A stretch of 64,000 nt of DNA from a virus, in IMG/VR virus record IMGVR_UViG_3300046616_000242, positions 1 to 64,000 of that record; one strand, written 5' to 3'. Under the pieces are notes generated by a model. It was given only the letters and a program-made list of their open reading frames with translations. It had not been told where the DNA came from and did not search any database. The translations under genes and the position numbers were made by a program. Below are positions 55,762-64,000 of the stretch, piece by piece (positions within the stretch are counted from its first letter, which is position 1; every line of letters begins with the position of its first letter).

Positions 55762-56173
55762 TGATGACCTCGCTTACGGTGCCGCCGACCCGGACGACTG
55801 CTGTGTTGGACTGGAGAGCCAGGCTGGAAGGGGACGCCCCGTCCTCGCGGCGGATGTAGTCGACCTCGATACGAGCGAGGGACATCTGCGTGGAGTCCGG
55901 GATAGGGGTCGCCTTCTGGAGGACCACACCGGGCTCGTACGTATTGAAAGCCGTGGTTACGGCACGGCTGATCTCCTGCGCGACAAAGGACGCGTCAGGG
56001 TCGAACAGCAGATCAGCCACGGGAACCCCGTAATCCGGGAGCATGACCCGCTCCCCCGGCTGCGTGCCGATGAGCGCATTCACATGCTGGGCGATCTGCC
56101 TGTCCGGATTCGTCTCGACGGCGATAGTGCCGTCGGACGCTAGGCGAAACGGAAATGCAATCTCGGTAGGCAT
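55754..56173 (-). CDS. gp25/GPW-like baseplate wedge protein
   Basis: TQPGERVMLPDYG..LLF...YEP. Confidence 0.9.
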   Translation of the reverse strand: MPTEIAFPFRLASDGTIAVETNPDRQIAQHVNALIGTQPGERVMLPDYGVPVADLLFDPDASFVAQEISRAVTTAFNTYEPGVVLQKATPIPDSTQMSLARIEVDYIRREDGASPSSLALQSNTAVVRVGGTVSEVISG

Positions 56174-56223
56174 GCTTGCATTCTCCCAGGAATGCCTACC
56201 GAGATTGCACTTACGGTTCTACG

Positions 56224-56526
56224 TCAGATTCCGGGGAACGCGACCTGGGAATCCGCGAGGACCTGGTTGTTCTGCGCCTGGATGTCGGCGTCGACCGCCT
56301 GCCGTGCGACGTTGTAGTCCTCGGCGACCTGGTTGTAGCGCGGAGCCCCAGCGTTCGAGTTAGTCGCCTGCTCGGTGCTGACCCAGATGTCTCGGATGTA
56401 GGACTTGGCGGCCAACTGAACGAGGTCCACGTCCGGAGTGTCGACGTTGTTCGGGTAGCAGACGTGGAACGCGGCAGCGACGCGCGGCCAGACGTCGTCA
56501 GGAACCGTGACGGTAATGTCAGGCAT
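56224..56526 (-). CDS. Hypothetical protein (possible tail chaperone)
   Basis: 100 aa ORF after spike/fibre gene. Confidence 0.6.
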   Translation of the reverse strand: MPDITVTVPDDVWPRVAAAFHVCYPNNVDTPDVDLVQLAAKSYIRDIWVSTEQATNSNAGAPRYNQVAEDYNVARQAVDADIQAQNNQVLADSQVAFPGI

Positions 56527-56538
56527 TAAGTGACTTCC

Positions 56539-59500
56539 TCACTTGGTGTACGTGATCTTAAGTTGCGGAGGGTGGGAATCCCCGACACCGGAAAAGTACC
56601 CGTAGTAGGTCTTGTCGGTGCTGGATCCAAGATCCGCACCTAGCGTAATTCCACGATACGGGGTGGTCGCGTTCCAAGTTGAATTCCAGGACGACGGCAG
56701 GGTTACCCACTTTCCGGCGCCAACGGGCCACGAGGAAACGGTGAGGTTCACTCCGCTACCACCGAAAGACGTCGGCTCGGTGGTTCCGGTGAATGCACCG
56801 ATGTGCGCCGTGCCACCCCCGTTGTAGTACCAGTGGTTGTTGTAGAGGTAGATCTCGACCTTGGAGACCTTCGCCGTGGAACCCATGTCTGTGAAGGGCT
56901 GGGTGCCGAAGTAGATCATCGACTTCTGCGTGCCCCAGGTGCTGGAGTAGTAGCCCTGGTACACGGTGCCGTCGGTGTATCCGGCGTTGCCGTACCGGCG
57001 GGACCACACCGCGTTGTACGTCTTGGTGTACGTCTTGGTGGCCGTCACGGCCGCGCCACCCGTGTTGTACACACCGTTCTCGGGCACGGCCGGACCGATG
57101 TCCTCGACGTAAAAGTCCGAGGATTGCGCGGGGATGTAGTTGCGCAATCCCCAGCCGGTGGCGTTGCCTGCGTGCTGCGTCGCAGTCCAGAGGAGCCTGT
57201 GGTCGCCTGGCGCCAGTGCCGTGGTGCTGCTGTACAGGCCGCCCGCGTCGGAGGAGCAGACGATGATGCCTTCCACGGCGGTGGTGCCGTCGGTCCCTCC
57301 GCCGTCGTAGTACATCCCGAAGCAGCGGGCGATGATCTGGTCCGTCACCCTTGGGCTGGCACCGGTCGGGTTCATTAGCGTGCACCCGTTGACGGACGTC
57401 GTCGTGGCGGCGACGTTGATGCGGTTCTCCAATACTTGGTTACCTGTACCGCCGTTGAAGTCGAACTGGGATCGGGCCACGATGCGGTACATGCGGCCCT
57501 CGACGGCTGTGAAGGCCAACTCGATGAGTCCGGTTTCGGTGGTGTAGTAAGTCGACGAGGTCGGCTTGTTCGTCCAGCCGCGCTCGTAGGTGACCATGCC
57601 CCACGGCATGTTCCACAGCAGCGCTCCCAGTTCCTGTCCCTGGTACCAGATCTGTCCGGTCGGGTCATCGGAGGGTGCCCCCGCCGGGCGCTGCGGGGTG
57701 AAGATCGACTTGAAGGTGCCCACGCCGTTGGGGTCGATGCTCGCTGCTCCGCCCGCGAAGGTGGCGTAGGCGTTGGACGTGGTCAGTTCCGTGCCGAGTG
57801 ATCCGTCCGGCCCGAACAGCCGGACACCGGCGGCCGAGATGTCCGTGGCGCCGTAGCCCTCGCGCATGACGAGGACGTCGTCCACGCAGATGTAGGAGAA
57901 CGACGAGGTGGACAGCCCATACGAGCCGGGGTTCAACTGCTGGAAGGTGACCCGGCCCCATAGTGCCCCGGTGGGCGCCGTCATCTCGAAGATGTCCTCG
58001 GTGTACGCCGCAGCGTTGTAGGTGACGTCGTTGACCCCAGCCATCTGGTCGGTCCAGGTGACCTTGTCCGGGCTGGTCTCGAAGGTGACGTGCAGGTGCC
58101 CGATGCCGTAGTACCAGTACCGGAACATGTACGTCTGCCCGGCGACGACTGGGAAGGGGTCGCTGGTCGCGGTAGCGGTGCCGGTGTTGTTGACCCCCAG
58201 GGTCGCCTTGCCCTGACCGGAGCGTGCCGGGTACCCGCCTTGAGCGATCTCGATCTTGGCGACCGTTGTGGCCAGCGTGCTGTCGCTCTGGGTCAGGGTC
58301 CAGCCGACGCGGGAGGCATCCTCGAAGCCCGGGTTGGTGACCATGTTGCCGGTCACGGAACCCAGGGAGAGGTGCGAGGCGTTGACGTTGCCGAGGTTGA
58401 TGTTGGCCGAGTTGACCTGGCCGGTCTCGACGACCTCGATGGTGAACATGTCCATCTCGGCCGCACCGGATCCGCCGTTGTAGTTCATGTAGAGGCAGGG
58501 GCTGATGTACTTCACGTTCTGGTGCAGCGTGGCCGGGGCGGTCGGGTTGTTGGCCGGGTTGCCTCCCGTGGGGGTGGCGGAGGATCCCTTGATGTAGCCG
58601 GTGTAGGTGACCCATGCACCACCAGTGGTGAGAGGCACTCCCTTGGCCGCGACGTAGTGCTGGTTGGAGACGGCGTTGGCTCCGGTGGTGCTGACCAGGG
58701 TCACGCCGTCGGACGCGATGCCGGTGACGCCCGCGTAGAAGTTCTGGTTGGTGCCTGGGGTGGAGTTGTCAGAGACCTGGCGGACCCGGCAGGTCACGCG
58801 GTAGGTGACGGTCGGGTCGAAGGGTATGAGCAGGTCCGGGCGGTAAGCGCCCTGGACGTACCCGGCGCAGCGCATGACGAAGCCTCCGGAGGCCGCGTCG
58901 GTCTTGGATACCGAGGTTATGGTGCCGCCCGCACCTGCGGCGTTAAGCCACTTCGAGGCGCTGGTGCCGAAGTCGTAGAACTTCTGGCCCACCAGACCCT
59001 GAAGACCTGCGGAGAACTTGTCGACGGTAAGCGTTCCGGCCTTGATGCTGCTGGCGTCCAGGTTGGTGATGCTGGCCAGGCTCGCGTCGATCGTGCCTGT
59101 CTTGATCGAGCCACCGTTGATCGTGGTCGTGGTCGGGATGGTGCCGTTGCTCAACTGCCCGGCGGGGACGCTGACGCTCGCGCCGATGGAGCCGGTGACT
59201 GTGGTAGCGCTGCCTGCGGAGGTCGCCGAGGTAGCCGTGGTCGCGGTTGTGGCGCTGGATACTGTTCCAGTGACCTGTGCGCCGGGGACGGCGACGCCCG
59301 CGCCGAGGGATCCCGTGACGGTCCCTGCGCTGCCCGCTGAAGTTGCGCTGCCTGCCGTGGTAGCGCTCGCGACCGTACCGCTCACGTTGCCGCCACCGAT
59401 GACCAAATTGGTGGCGTCGATCTGGGTTGCAGTCAACTTGCCGACGGTGATCTTGCTGGCGTCGATGCTGGCGATGACACCGCTCTGGGCCGTGATCGTT

Positions 59501-60915
59501 CCGGCCGCCATCTGGTTGGCTGTGATCGTGTTCGCCGCGATCTGGTTGGCGGTGATGGTGTTGGCTGCGAGCCGGTCGCCCGTGATCGAGCCCGCCAGGA
59601 TCTGGGTAGCCGTCAACGTCCCGGCGGTGATCTTCGAGGCGTCCAGCGATCCGGCTGCGATGCGCGCGGCGTTGAGCGTGCCGACGTTGATCTTGCCCGC
59701 GTCGAGGTCGGCGATCTTGGCGTTGTTGATGGCCGCGTCGGCGATCTGTGCGTTGCCGATGGCGCCGTTGATGATCTTCGCCGAGCCGATCGTGGCGTCG
59801 GCGAGCTGCGTGCCGGTGACCGCGTTGTTGGCGATGTTCGTGGTGCCGACGGCCAGGGCCGCCAGCTTGCCTGCCTCGACAGCCCCGTTGGCTATGTTCG
59901 CGGCCAGGACGGCGTTCGCCGCCAGCTTGGTGTTGTCGATGGCGCCGACTGCGATCTTCGCCGCCGACAGTGAGCCGTCGAGGATGTCCTGGGCGACGGC
60001 CTGCTTGGGGGTGTCCGAGTTCGAGCCGGACGGGGCCGAGGCGATGCCGACCTTGGAGTATGCGACCAGCCGGTAGTAGTAGGCGCTGGCGTAGTTCTGG
60101 ATGGAGTCGTACAGGAAGTCCGGGCCGGGCAGCGTGCCGATCACGACAGGGTTGGAGAACGCCGAGGTGGTGTCCCGCTGCACCTGCACGTGGGAGAAGA
60201 TCGCAGGCATTGCCGTGCCGGTGTTGTCCTTGCCGTCCCAGGTGACCCGCAGGCCGCCGAGTACCCCGAGGACCCCCGGCGCGGAGGGCACCGGAGGCGG
60301 GGTGGAAGCGGACGCCGTGGTGAGGTTGGCGCTCGCCCACAGGGAGGTGTTGTTGCTGGTGTCGAAGGCCGCGACCCTCACGTAGAGGGCCACGCCGGTA
60401 TTAAGTCCGTCGAGGAGGACCAGGTCCTCCGTGGTGACGAAGCCGCCGCTCCAGTTGCTGTTGTCGTAGGAGGTCTGGAGCAGGTAGTGGGACAGGTCGG
60501 TGAGGGCGGTCCCGTCCTGGTTCTCCGTGGGCGGGGTCCAGCTCGCTGTCACGCGGGCCCGGGTGGCGCCCTCGGCGGTGACGTACTGCACCGTGGTGAG
60601 GGTGAGGGCGGTGGGCTCCTTCGGCGGAAGGACATCGAGCGTCTCTCCGCTGGGCAGGTCGTCGACCTGGTCCTGAACGGCCTTGATGCCGAGCGGGGAG
60701 TAGACCGGCTTGGTGATGTCACCGCCGGAGAACTGCACCCACAGCGTCTGGCCGACCGGCGGGATCGTGTTGGTCGGGGAAGCGGGGGCGGCCCAGGCGC
60801 TTTCGGCGTTTCCGAGTACCTGCGGAATGAGCAGCGTGACGCGGGCTTCATTCAGCGGGTCCTGGTTATTGGCAACGCTCGCCCGGTACATTCCCAGCAC
60901 CGGATCAGCCGACAT
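56539..60915 (-). CDS. gp5/VgrG-type OB-fold spike fused to FN3 domains, repeat shaft and receptor-binding domains (1458 aa)
   Basis: N-terminal GMYRASVANNQDP...RVTLLIPQV...WA...WVQFSGGD..PVY; FN3 W..P motifs; ITANQIAAN repeats. Confidence 0.8.
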   Translation of the reverse strand: MSADPVLGMYRASVANNQDPLNEARVTLLIPQVLGNAESAWAAPASPTNTIPPVGQTLWVQFSGGDITKPVYSPLGIKAVQDQVDDLPSGETLDVLPPKEPTALTLTTVQYVTAEGATRARVTASWTPPTENQDGTALTDLSHYLLQTSYDNSNWSGGFVTTEDLVLLDGLNTGVALYVRVAAFDTSNNTSLWASANLTTASASTPPPVPSAPGVLGVLGGLRVTWDGKDNTGTAMPAIFSHVQVQRDTTSAFSNPVVIGTLPGPDFLYDSIQNYASAYYYRLVAYSKVGIASAPSGSNSDTPKQAVAQDILDGSLSAAKIAVGAIDNTKLAANAVLAANIANGAVEAGKLAALAVGTTNIANNAVTGTQLADATIGSAKIINGAIGNAQIADAAINNAKIADLDAGKINVGTLNAARIAAGSLDASKITAGTLTATQILAGSITGDRLAANTITANQIAANTITANQMAAGTITAQSGVIASIDASKITVGKLTATQIDATNLVIGGGNVSGTVASATTAGSATSAGSAGTVTGSLGAGVAVPGAQVTGTVSSATTATTATSATSAGSATTVTGSIGASVSVPAGQLSNGTIPTTTTINGGSIKTGTIDASLASITNLDASSIKAGTLTVDKFSAGLQGLVGQKFYDFGTSASKWLNAAGAGGTITSVSKTDAASGGFVMRCAGYVQGAYRPDLLIPFDPTVTYRVTCRVRQVSDNSTPGTNQNFYAGVTGIASDGVTLVSTTGANAVSNQHYVAAKGVPLTTGGAWVTYTGYIKGSSATPTGGNPANNPTAPATLHQNVKYISPCLYMNYNGGSGAAEMDMFTIEVVETGQVNSANINLGNVNASHLSLGSVTGNMVTNPGFEDASRVGWTLTQSDSTLATTVAKIEIAQGGYPARSGQGKATLGVNNTGTATATSDPFPVVAGQTYMFRYWYYGIGHLHVTFETSPDKVTWTDQMAGVNDVTYNAAAYTEDIFEMTAPTGALWGRVTFQQLNPGSYGLSTSSFSYICVDDVLVMREGYGATDISAAGVRLFGPDGSLGTELTTSNAYATFAGGAASIDPNGVGTFKSIFTPQRPAGAPSDDPTGQIWYQGQELGALLWNMPWGMVTYERGWTNKPTSSTYYTTETGLIELAFTAVEGRMYRIVARSQFDFNGGTGNQVLENRINVAATTTSVNGCTLMNPTGASPRVTDQIIARCFGMYYDGGGTDGTTAVEGIIVCSSDAGGLYSSTTALAPGDHRLLWTATQHAGNATGWGLRNYIPAQSSDFYVEDIGPAVPENGVYNTGGAAVTATKTYTKTYNAVWSRRYGNAGYTDGTVYQGYYSSTWGTQKSMIYFGTQPFTDMGSTAKVSKVEIYLYNNHWYYNGGGTAHIGAFTGTTEPTSFGGSGVNLTVSSWPVGAGKWVTLPSSWNSTWNATTPYRGITLGADLGSSTDKTYYGYFSGVGDSHPPQLKITYTK

Positions 60916-62056
60916 TGATGTCCTCCAGAAGACTCGATTCCCAGAACTGCCTGTTCCTCAGCACAGCCGGGACGGTGTCGAACTTGAAACGCTTGTTCGC
61001 ATCGCTTCGGAATGTTACCGCGTAGGGCTGGTCCCTTTCCGCATCGACGGTCGTGGTGAACATCAGGCCCTTGTTGTTCTTGTCCCGGTTGATAACGTGC
61101 TTGGTGCTCGTCACCATCCACCGGCCCTTGTTGTCCGACGAAACGGAACTGCCGGAGATTCCGACCAGCGTTCCAGGAGTCACTTTCGCCGTCCCGTAAA
61201 TCGTGGCCTGCATGGTGATCCATCCACGGGACGCGAGAGTGCGTGCTTCCATAAGGGCCTGCGCGTCGGCGTAGTTGTCCACGGCGCGGGCGGTGGATAT
61301 GGAATTCAGGAACGTGCCGATTCCGGTGTCCGAGGTAGAGGACGCCTTGATGACCTTCCCGGTCTTCGCATCCAGGCCGGAAATCACCGAGGTGCTGGCC
61401 GCCCCATTGCTGCGGGGAATCATCGTGCCGGTGAGAATGGAAAGGCTCTGGAGGGTGTCGTAAAGCCCAGGGGTCTGGTTCTTGGAGAACACCGGGATGT
61501 CCTGGGCCTTCTGCCCGAGCAGGAGAATGCGCGGGTCGAGGAAGTACAGGGTGGCGCCCTCCACCCAGAAGCGGAAACCGGTCTCGGCCGCGAGGTCGTT
61601 GACCAGCTTGAAGTCGCTCCCGCCGGTCTGGGCCCAGTAGGTCAGGCGCCGGGCGGACGGGGAGATGACGGTGCGCAGGCCGTTCTCCCGGCCCACTTGC
61701 CGCACGATCGACGTCGGCGAGACGTTCTTCCACGACCGGGTGCGCTGGGTGTTCATAGGCAGCGTGGTCCCGATGCAGATGTACCGCACCGTGATGTGGA
61801 GGGTGTCGGAGGAGGCGAGCGCGCTGGAGTGGTGCACGTAGCCGTTCCAGCGGACCAGGTCGTTCGGTGCGCGGCCGTAGTCGAGCACGACGGGCGTCAG
61901 TTCGCCGTAGGGGTTCTTGGACGTGGGAGGGGTGGTCACGTCGATGATGACCATCGAGTGAACGCCGTAGCCCTCGCGGACCTCCACTCGCGTGATGTAG
62001 TCCGTGATGCGGTCGGTGCCCATCGTCAGACGGGTGACCGGTGCTTGTTCAGACAC
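60905..62056 (-). CDS. Baseplate hub (gp27/late control D-like)
   Basis: RSWKNVSPTSIV, AQTGGSDFKLVNDLA..TGF.FWV. Confidence 0.75.
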   Translation of the reverse strand: MSEQAPVTRLTMGTDRITDYITRVEVREGYGVHSMVIIDVTTPPTSKNPYGELTPVVLDYGRAPNDLVRWNGYVHHSSALASSDTLHITVRYICIGTTLPMNTQRTRSWKNVSPTSIVRQVGRENGLRTVISPSARRLTYWAQTGGSDFKLVNDLAAETGFRFWVEGATLYFLDPRILLLGQKAQDIPVFSKNQTPGLYDTLQSLSILTGTMIPRSNGAASTSVISGLDAKTGKVIKASSTSDTGIGTFLNSISTARAVDNYADAQALMEARTLASRGWITMQATIYGTAKVTPGTLVGISGSSVSSDNKGRWMVTSTKHVINRDKNNKGLMFTTTVDAERDQPYAVTFRSDANKRFKFDTVPAVLRNRQFWESSLLEDINVG

Positions 62057-62321
62057 TGGGGATCCTGATGATCTGGCCGGGGGTGAGGGCAGTCCAGTCC
62101 ATGACCTCGGGGTTGGCGTCGGCGATGTGCCACCACAGGCGTGCGTCGCCGTAGAACTGGGTGGCGACCAGGTCGATGCGGTCGGCCGAGGTCCACTGGT
62201 GGTAGGTGAACTGGAAGGACCACTCGCGTTGCTGGCCCGGCACGATGGTGAGGTTGGTGCCTCGGCCGGAGGAGACGAGCGCGAGGGTGGAGTCCGCGTA
62301 GCGGGAGTTCGAGGAGATCAT
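62049..62321 (-). CDS. LysM/tail X-like baseplate protein
   Basis: DRIDLVATQFYGDARLWWHIADANP...PGQIIRIP. Confidence 0.8.
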   Translation of the reverse strand: MISSNSRYADSTLALVSSGRGTNLTIVPGQQREWSFQFTYHQWTSADRIDLVATQFYGDARLWWHIADANPEVMDWTALTPGQIIRIPSV

Positions 62322-63100
62322 CGCCCAGCCTTTCCGTTCTTGCCCAACTGCTCGGACGTCGACAGCGGGTCCCCGGAGTTAGGCAGCCGTGGGCCGATGA
62401 TCGGTGCGTACTTGTTGCCGCCCTGCGGGGTCGGCAGCAGCGTCACGGTCAACTGGACCACGCAGCGCTGGGGGATCATCTGCTGAGTCCAGTGGGTGTA
62501 CCGGACGTCCAACTGCTGGATAACGCCGTAGAAGGACAGCGTCGACCCGATGACGACGTACACCGGGGTGTAGATCATCGGGCCTGCCGGGCCGGTCGAG
62601 AAGGAGCCCTTCCGGAAGTTGTCGATGGCGGACTGCTTGTCCGTCTCCTGGTTGCCCGAGACGGTCATCGGAGTCGCAATGCCCGTGATCTTGTACAGCG
62701 ACAGGATGTCGTAAGCCACTCCGAACTCCGGAACCCATGTGAGGGCATCCCCGAACAACTTGCTGGAGTCCCACAACTCGTATGTCCGGTCGAATTGCAG
62801 GTTGAACTGCAACGTCTGCTGGAGGGGCAGGATGAACTGCCCCGCCGTGACGTCGTTCTTCAATGCTGAATTCGGGTCGGTAAGGACACCCGAGTCGATA
62901 CCGTGGGAGATGTCGAGTTCGCTAGGGTTGTACAGGAAGTTGCAGCGGTAGCGCACGCCGTTGATTGGCTTCTCCATGATGATGAAGCCGCGCGTCAACT
63001 TCTTGGTGGTGTCGAAACTGTGCCCGTCCTTCTGGAGAAACGGGATGCTCGCTATCCGGGGGTCGAAAGGACCGTTGTCTTCGATCTTGCTGGCTGCCAT
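62318..63100 (-). CDS. Tail tube initiator-like protein
   Basis: FLYNPSEL, LQFDRT, YTHWTQQMIP; between tape measure and LysM. Confidence 0.65.
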   Translation of the reverse strand: MAASKIEDNGPFDPRIASIPFLQKDGHSFDTTKKLTRGFIIMEKPINGVRYRCNFLYNPSELDISHGIDSGVLTDPNSALKNDVTAGQFILPLQQTLQFNLQFDRTYELWDSSKLFGDALTWVPEFGVAYDILSLYKITGIATPMTVSGNQETDKQSAIDNFRKGSFSTGPAGPMIYTPVYVVIGSTLSFYGVIQQLDVRYTHWTQQMIPQRCVVQLTVTLLPTPQGGNKYAPIIGPRLPNSGDPLSTSEQLGKNGKAGR

Positions 63101-64000
63101 TAGTTCCCTGCCGCGATGAGATTGATCCGGCTGTCTTCGGCGAGTGCGGTCATGAACTGCGTCGCCGCATCCCGTGCGGACGTCTGATCCATGGCGCCCT
63201 GCACCTGAACCACGACGGCCCCGGAGTGGAAGTTGAGGGTGGCCTTACCACCCGAGGTATTAAGCCCGCCAATTCCGCCCGTGAGCGGGGTATTACTCGA
63301 CAGCGCCTTTCGGATGGCGTCGGCCTGGTGCGCCGGGATAATCATTTCGCCCTTGTGGATGCGGGCGGTCTGGTCCACGTCGATATTCGTGGAGCCGACT
63401 GCGTATCCCTTATAGCCTCCGCCGTTCGACATCGACTTGATACCCGGCACATTCGCCAGGGAGCCATAGCGCGAATCCGCATACCGCACACCGGCAATAA
63501 TGTTGTCGACCGGGTTCCAAATGTTCTTGTGACCCGCCAGCGAATACGCGTTGAACGTCGAGTCGATCGTCTGGAGAATGCCCTTGGACGGGTGCCCGGC
63601 CTTGGCATTGCTGTCCCAGTTGTTCTGCGCGCGGGGGTTACCGCCGGACTCGTGCATGGCCATCGTGTTGACGTACCGCTCGTTGGAGGCGGTGTCCTTG
63701 TGCAGGATCCCGAGCGCCGACTTGATCCACGTCTTCAGGCTTCCGGAGGGCAGGGCACCGGCCGCGTTGTTGCCGTTGTCGGTGGTCTGCGACGAACCCT
63801 GTCCGGCGCCGACTCCGGAGCCCACGTTGGCCGCACCGATCGAGGAGACCCCGGCCGCGATGGCGTCGACTTCTTCGGTGGAGCCGTACGAGCCGACGTC
63901 ACCGCCGAAGCCCATGGTGGACAGTCGGTTGGAGTCGGAACCCGCAGTGTCGGAGTTGTCGTTGGTGAAGTCGCCGACGTTGCCGACCGCGCCAAGGATC
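63100..64000 (-). CDS. C-terminus of tape measure protein with SLT lytic transglycosylase domain (partial)
   Basis: HESGGNPRAQNNWDSNA..GHPSKGILQ, NPVDNIIAGVRY; frame open to right edge. Confidence 0.85.
   Translation of the reverse strand, partial: ILGAVGNVGDFTNDNSDTAGSDSNRLSTMGFGGDVGSYGSTEEVDAIAAGVSSIGAANVGSGVGAGQGSSQTTDNGNNAAGALPSGSLKTWIKSALGILHKDTASNERYVNTMAMHESGGNPRAQNNWDSNAKAGHPSKGILQTIDSTFNAYSLAGHKNIWNPVDNIIAGVRYADSRYGSLANVPGIKSMSNGGGYKGYAVGSTNIDVDQTARIHKGEMIIPAHQADAIRKALSSNTPLTGGIGGLNTSGGKATLNFHSGAVVVQVQGAMDQTSARDAATQFMTALAEDSRINLIAAGN

Larger units (their letters stand above)
15806..63264 (-). repeat. Dispersed single-orientation 9-bp motif CTTAATAYC (GRTATTAAG on +), 26 copies
   Basis: RTATTAAG starts at 15806, 17326, 20067, 21050, 21647, 22710, 24136, 24163, 27520, 29323, 31620, 32064, 33240, 34754, 36217, 38202, 38989, 39738, 43055, 46024, 46793, 48036, 48435, 50109, 60398, 63257. 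Confidence 0.95.
1..64000 (-). mobile_element. Segment of a large actinobacterial myovirus-like phage (or prophage) genome
   Basis: Contractile-tail baseplate genes, endolysin, holin, phage replication and nucleotide genes, WhiB; one coding strand with ATGA/TAATG overlaps; no host genes. Confidence 0.95.

Noticed and set aside
56523-58948. Near matches to the 9-mer (GCATTAAG near 56523, CGTTAAG near 58941; also GGTATTGAAG near 30296)
   Set aside because: Mismatch the core, so excluded from the count of 26
59100-59960. Repetitive DNA in the long tail gene as a diversity-generating or phase-variable locus
   Set aside because: Degenerate protein-level fibre repeats; no reverse transcriptase, invertase or template/variable repeat pair
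6085-62068. Many long plus-strand ORFs (e.g. 6085-8169, 11397-13487, 33499-35337, 36422-38362)
   Set aside because: Antisense shadows of GC3-rich minus-strand genes; no recognisable motifs or RBS
49811-64000. Stand-alone extracellular contractile injection system or tailocin
   Set aside because: Contiguous with a full phage replication and lysis set and a tape measure; a phage tail is the simpler reading
1-64000. tRNA or rRNA genes
   Set aside because: None recognised by eye; tRNAscan-SE would be needed to exclude them

Overview
The whole 64 kb window is one segment of a large, high-GC (roughly 68-70% by eye) actinobacterial tailed phage with a contractile, myovirus-type tail. The host is most likely Streptomyces or a relative. 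No host housekeeping genes, integrase or att site are visible, so lytic phage versus prophage cannot be decided. Essentially all real genes are on the minus strand; the long plus-strand ORFs are antisense shadows. In transcription order (right to left): tape measure/SLT, tube initiator, LysM-like, hub, gp5-like spike fused to a long fibre, gp25, baseplate J, wedge/CBM proteins and holin (64-49.5 kb). Next is a replication, recombination and nucleotide block (49.5-26.7 kb): HTH initiator with internal iterons, DnaC-like loader, DnaB, primase, SNF2, MerR-like HTH, SSB, PolA, class II RNR, RecA, WhiB, Cas4-like, ThyX, dNMP kinase, resolvase, SpoVS. Then a block with a glycosylase-fold protein, GH25 endolysin, nucleotidyltransferase, ParB-like, HAD-like and TGT/DpdA-like proteins (26.7-16 kb). 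Last are about 30 small early/accessory genes in repeated promoter-leader cassettes (15.5-0 kb). Most striking signal: 26 copies of an AT-rich 9-mer (GRTATTAAG on +, CTTAATAYC on the coding strand), all in one orientation and written into proteins as Leu-Asn-Thr/Ile/Met. They are absent from the early region and dense across 15.8-50 kb. A second, independent 10-bp box (ATTACGGCTT) forms 14-bp-period arrays over promoters. All protein calls come from motif recognition by eye, not database searches.
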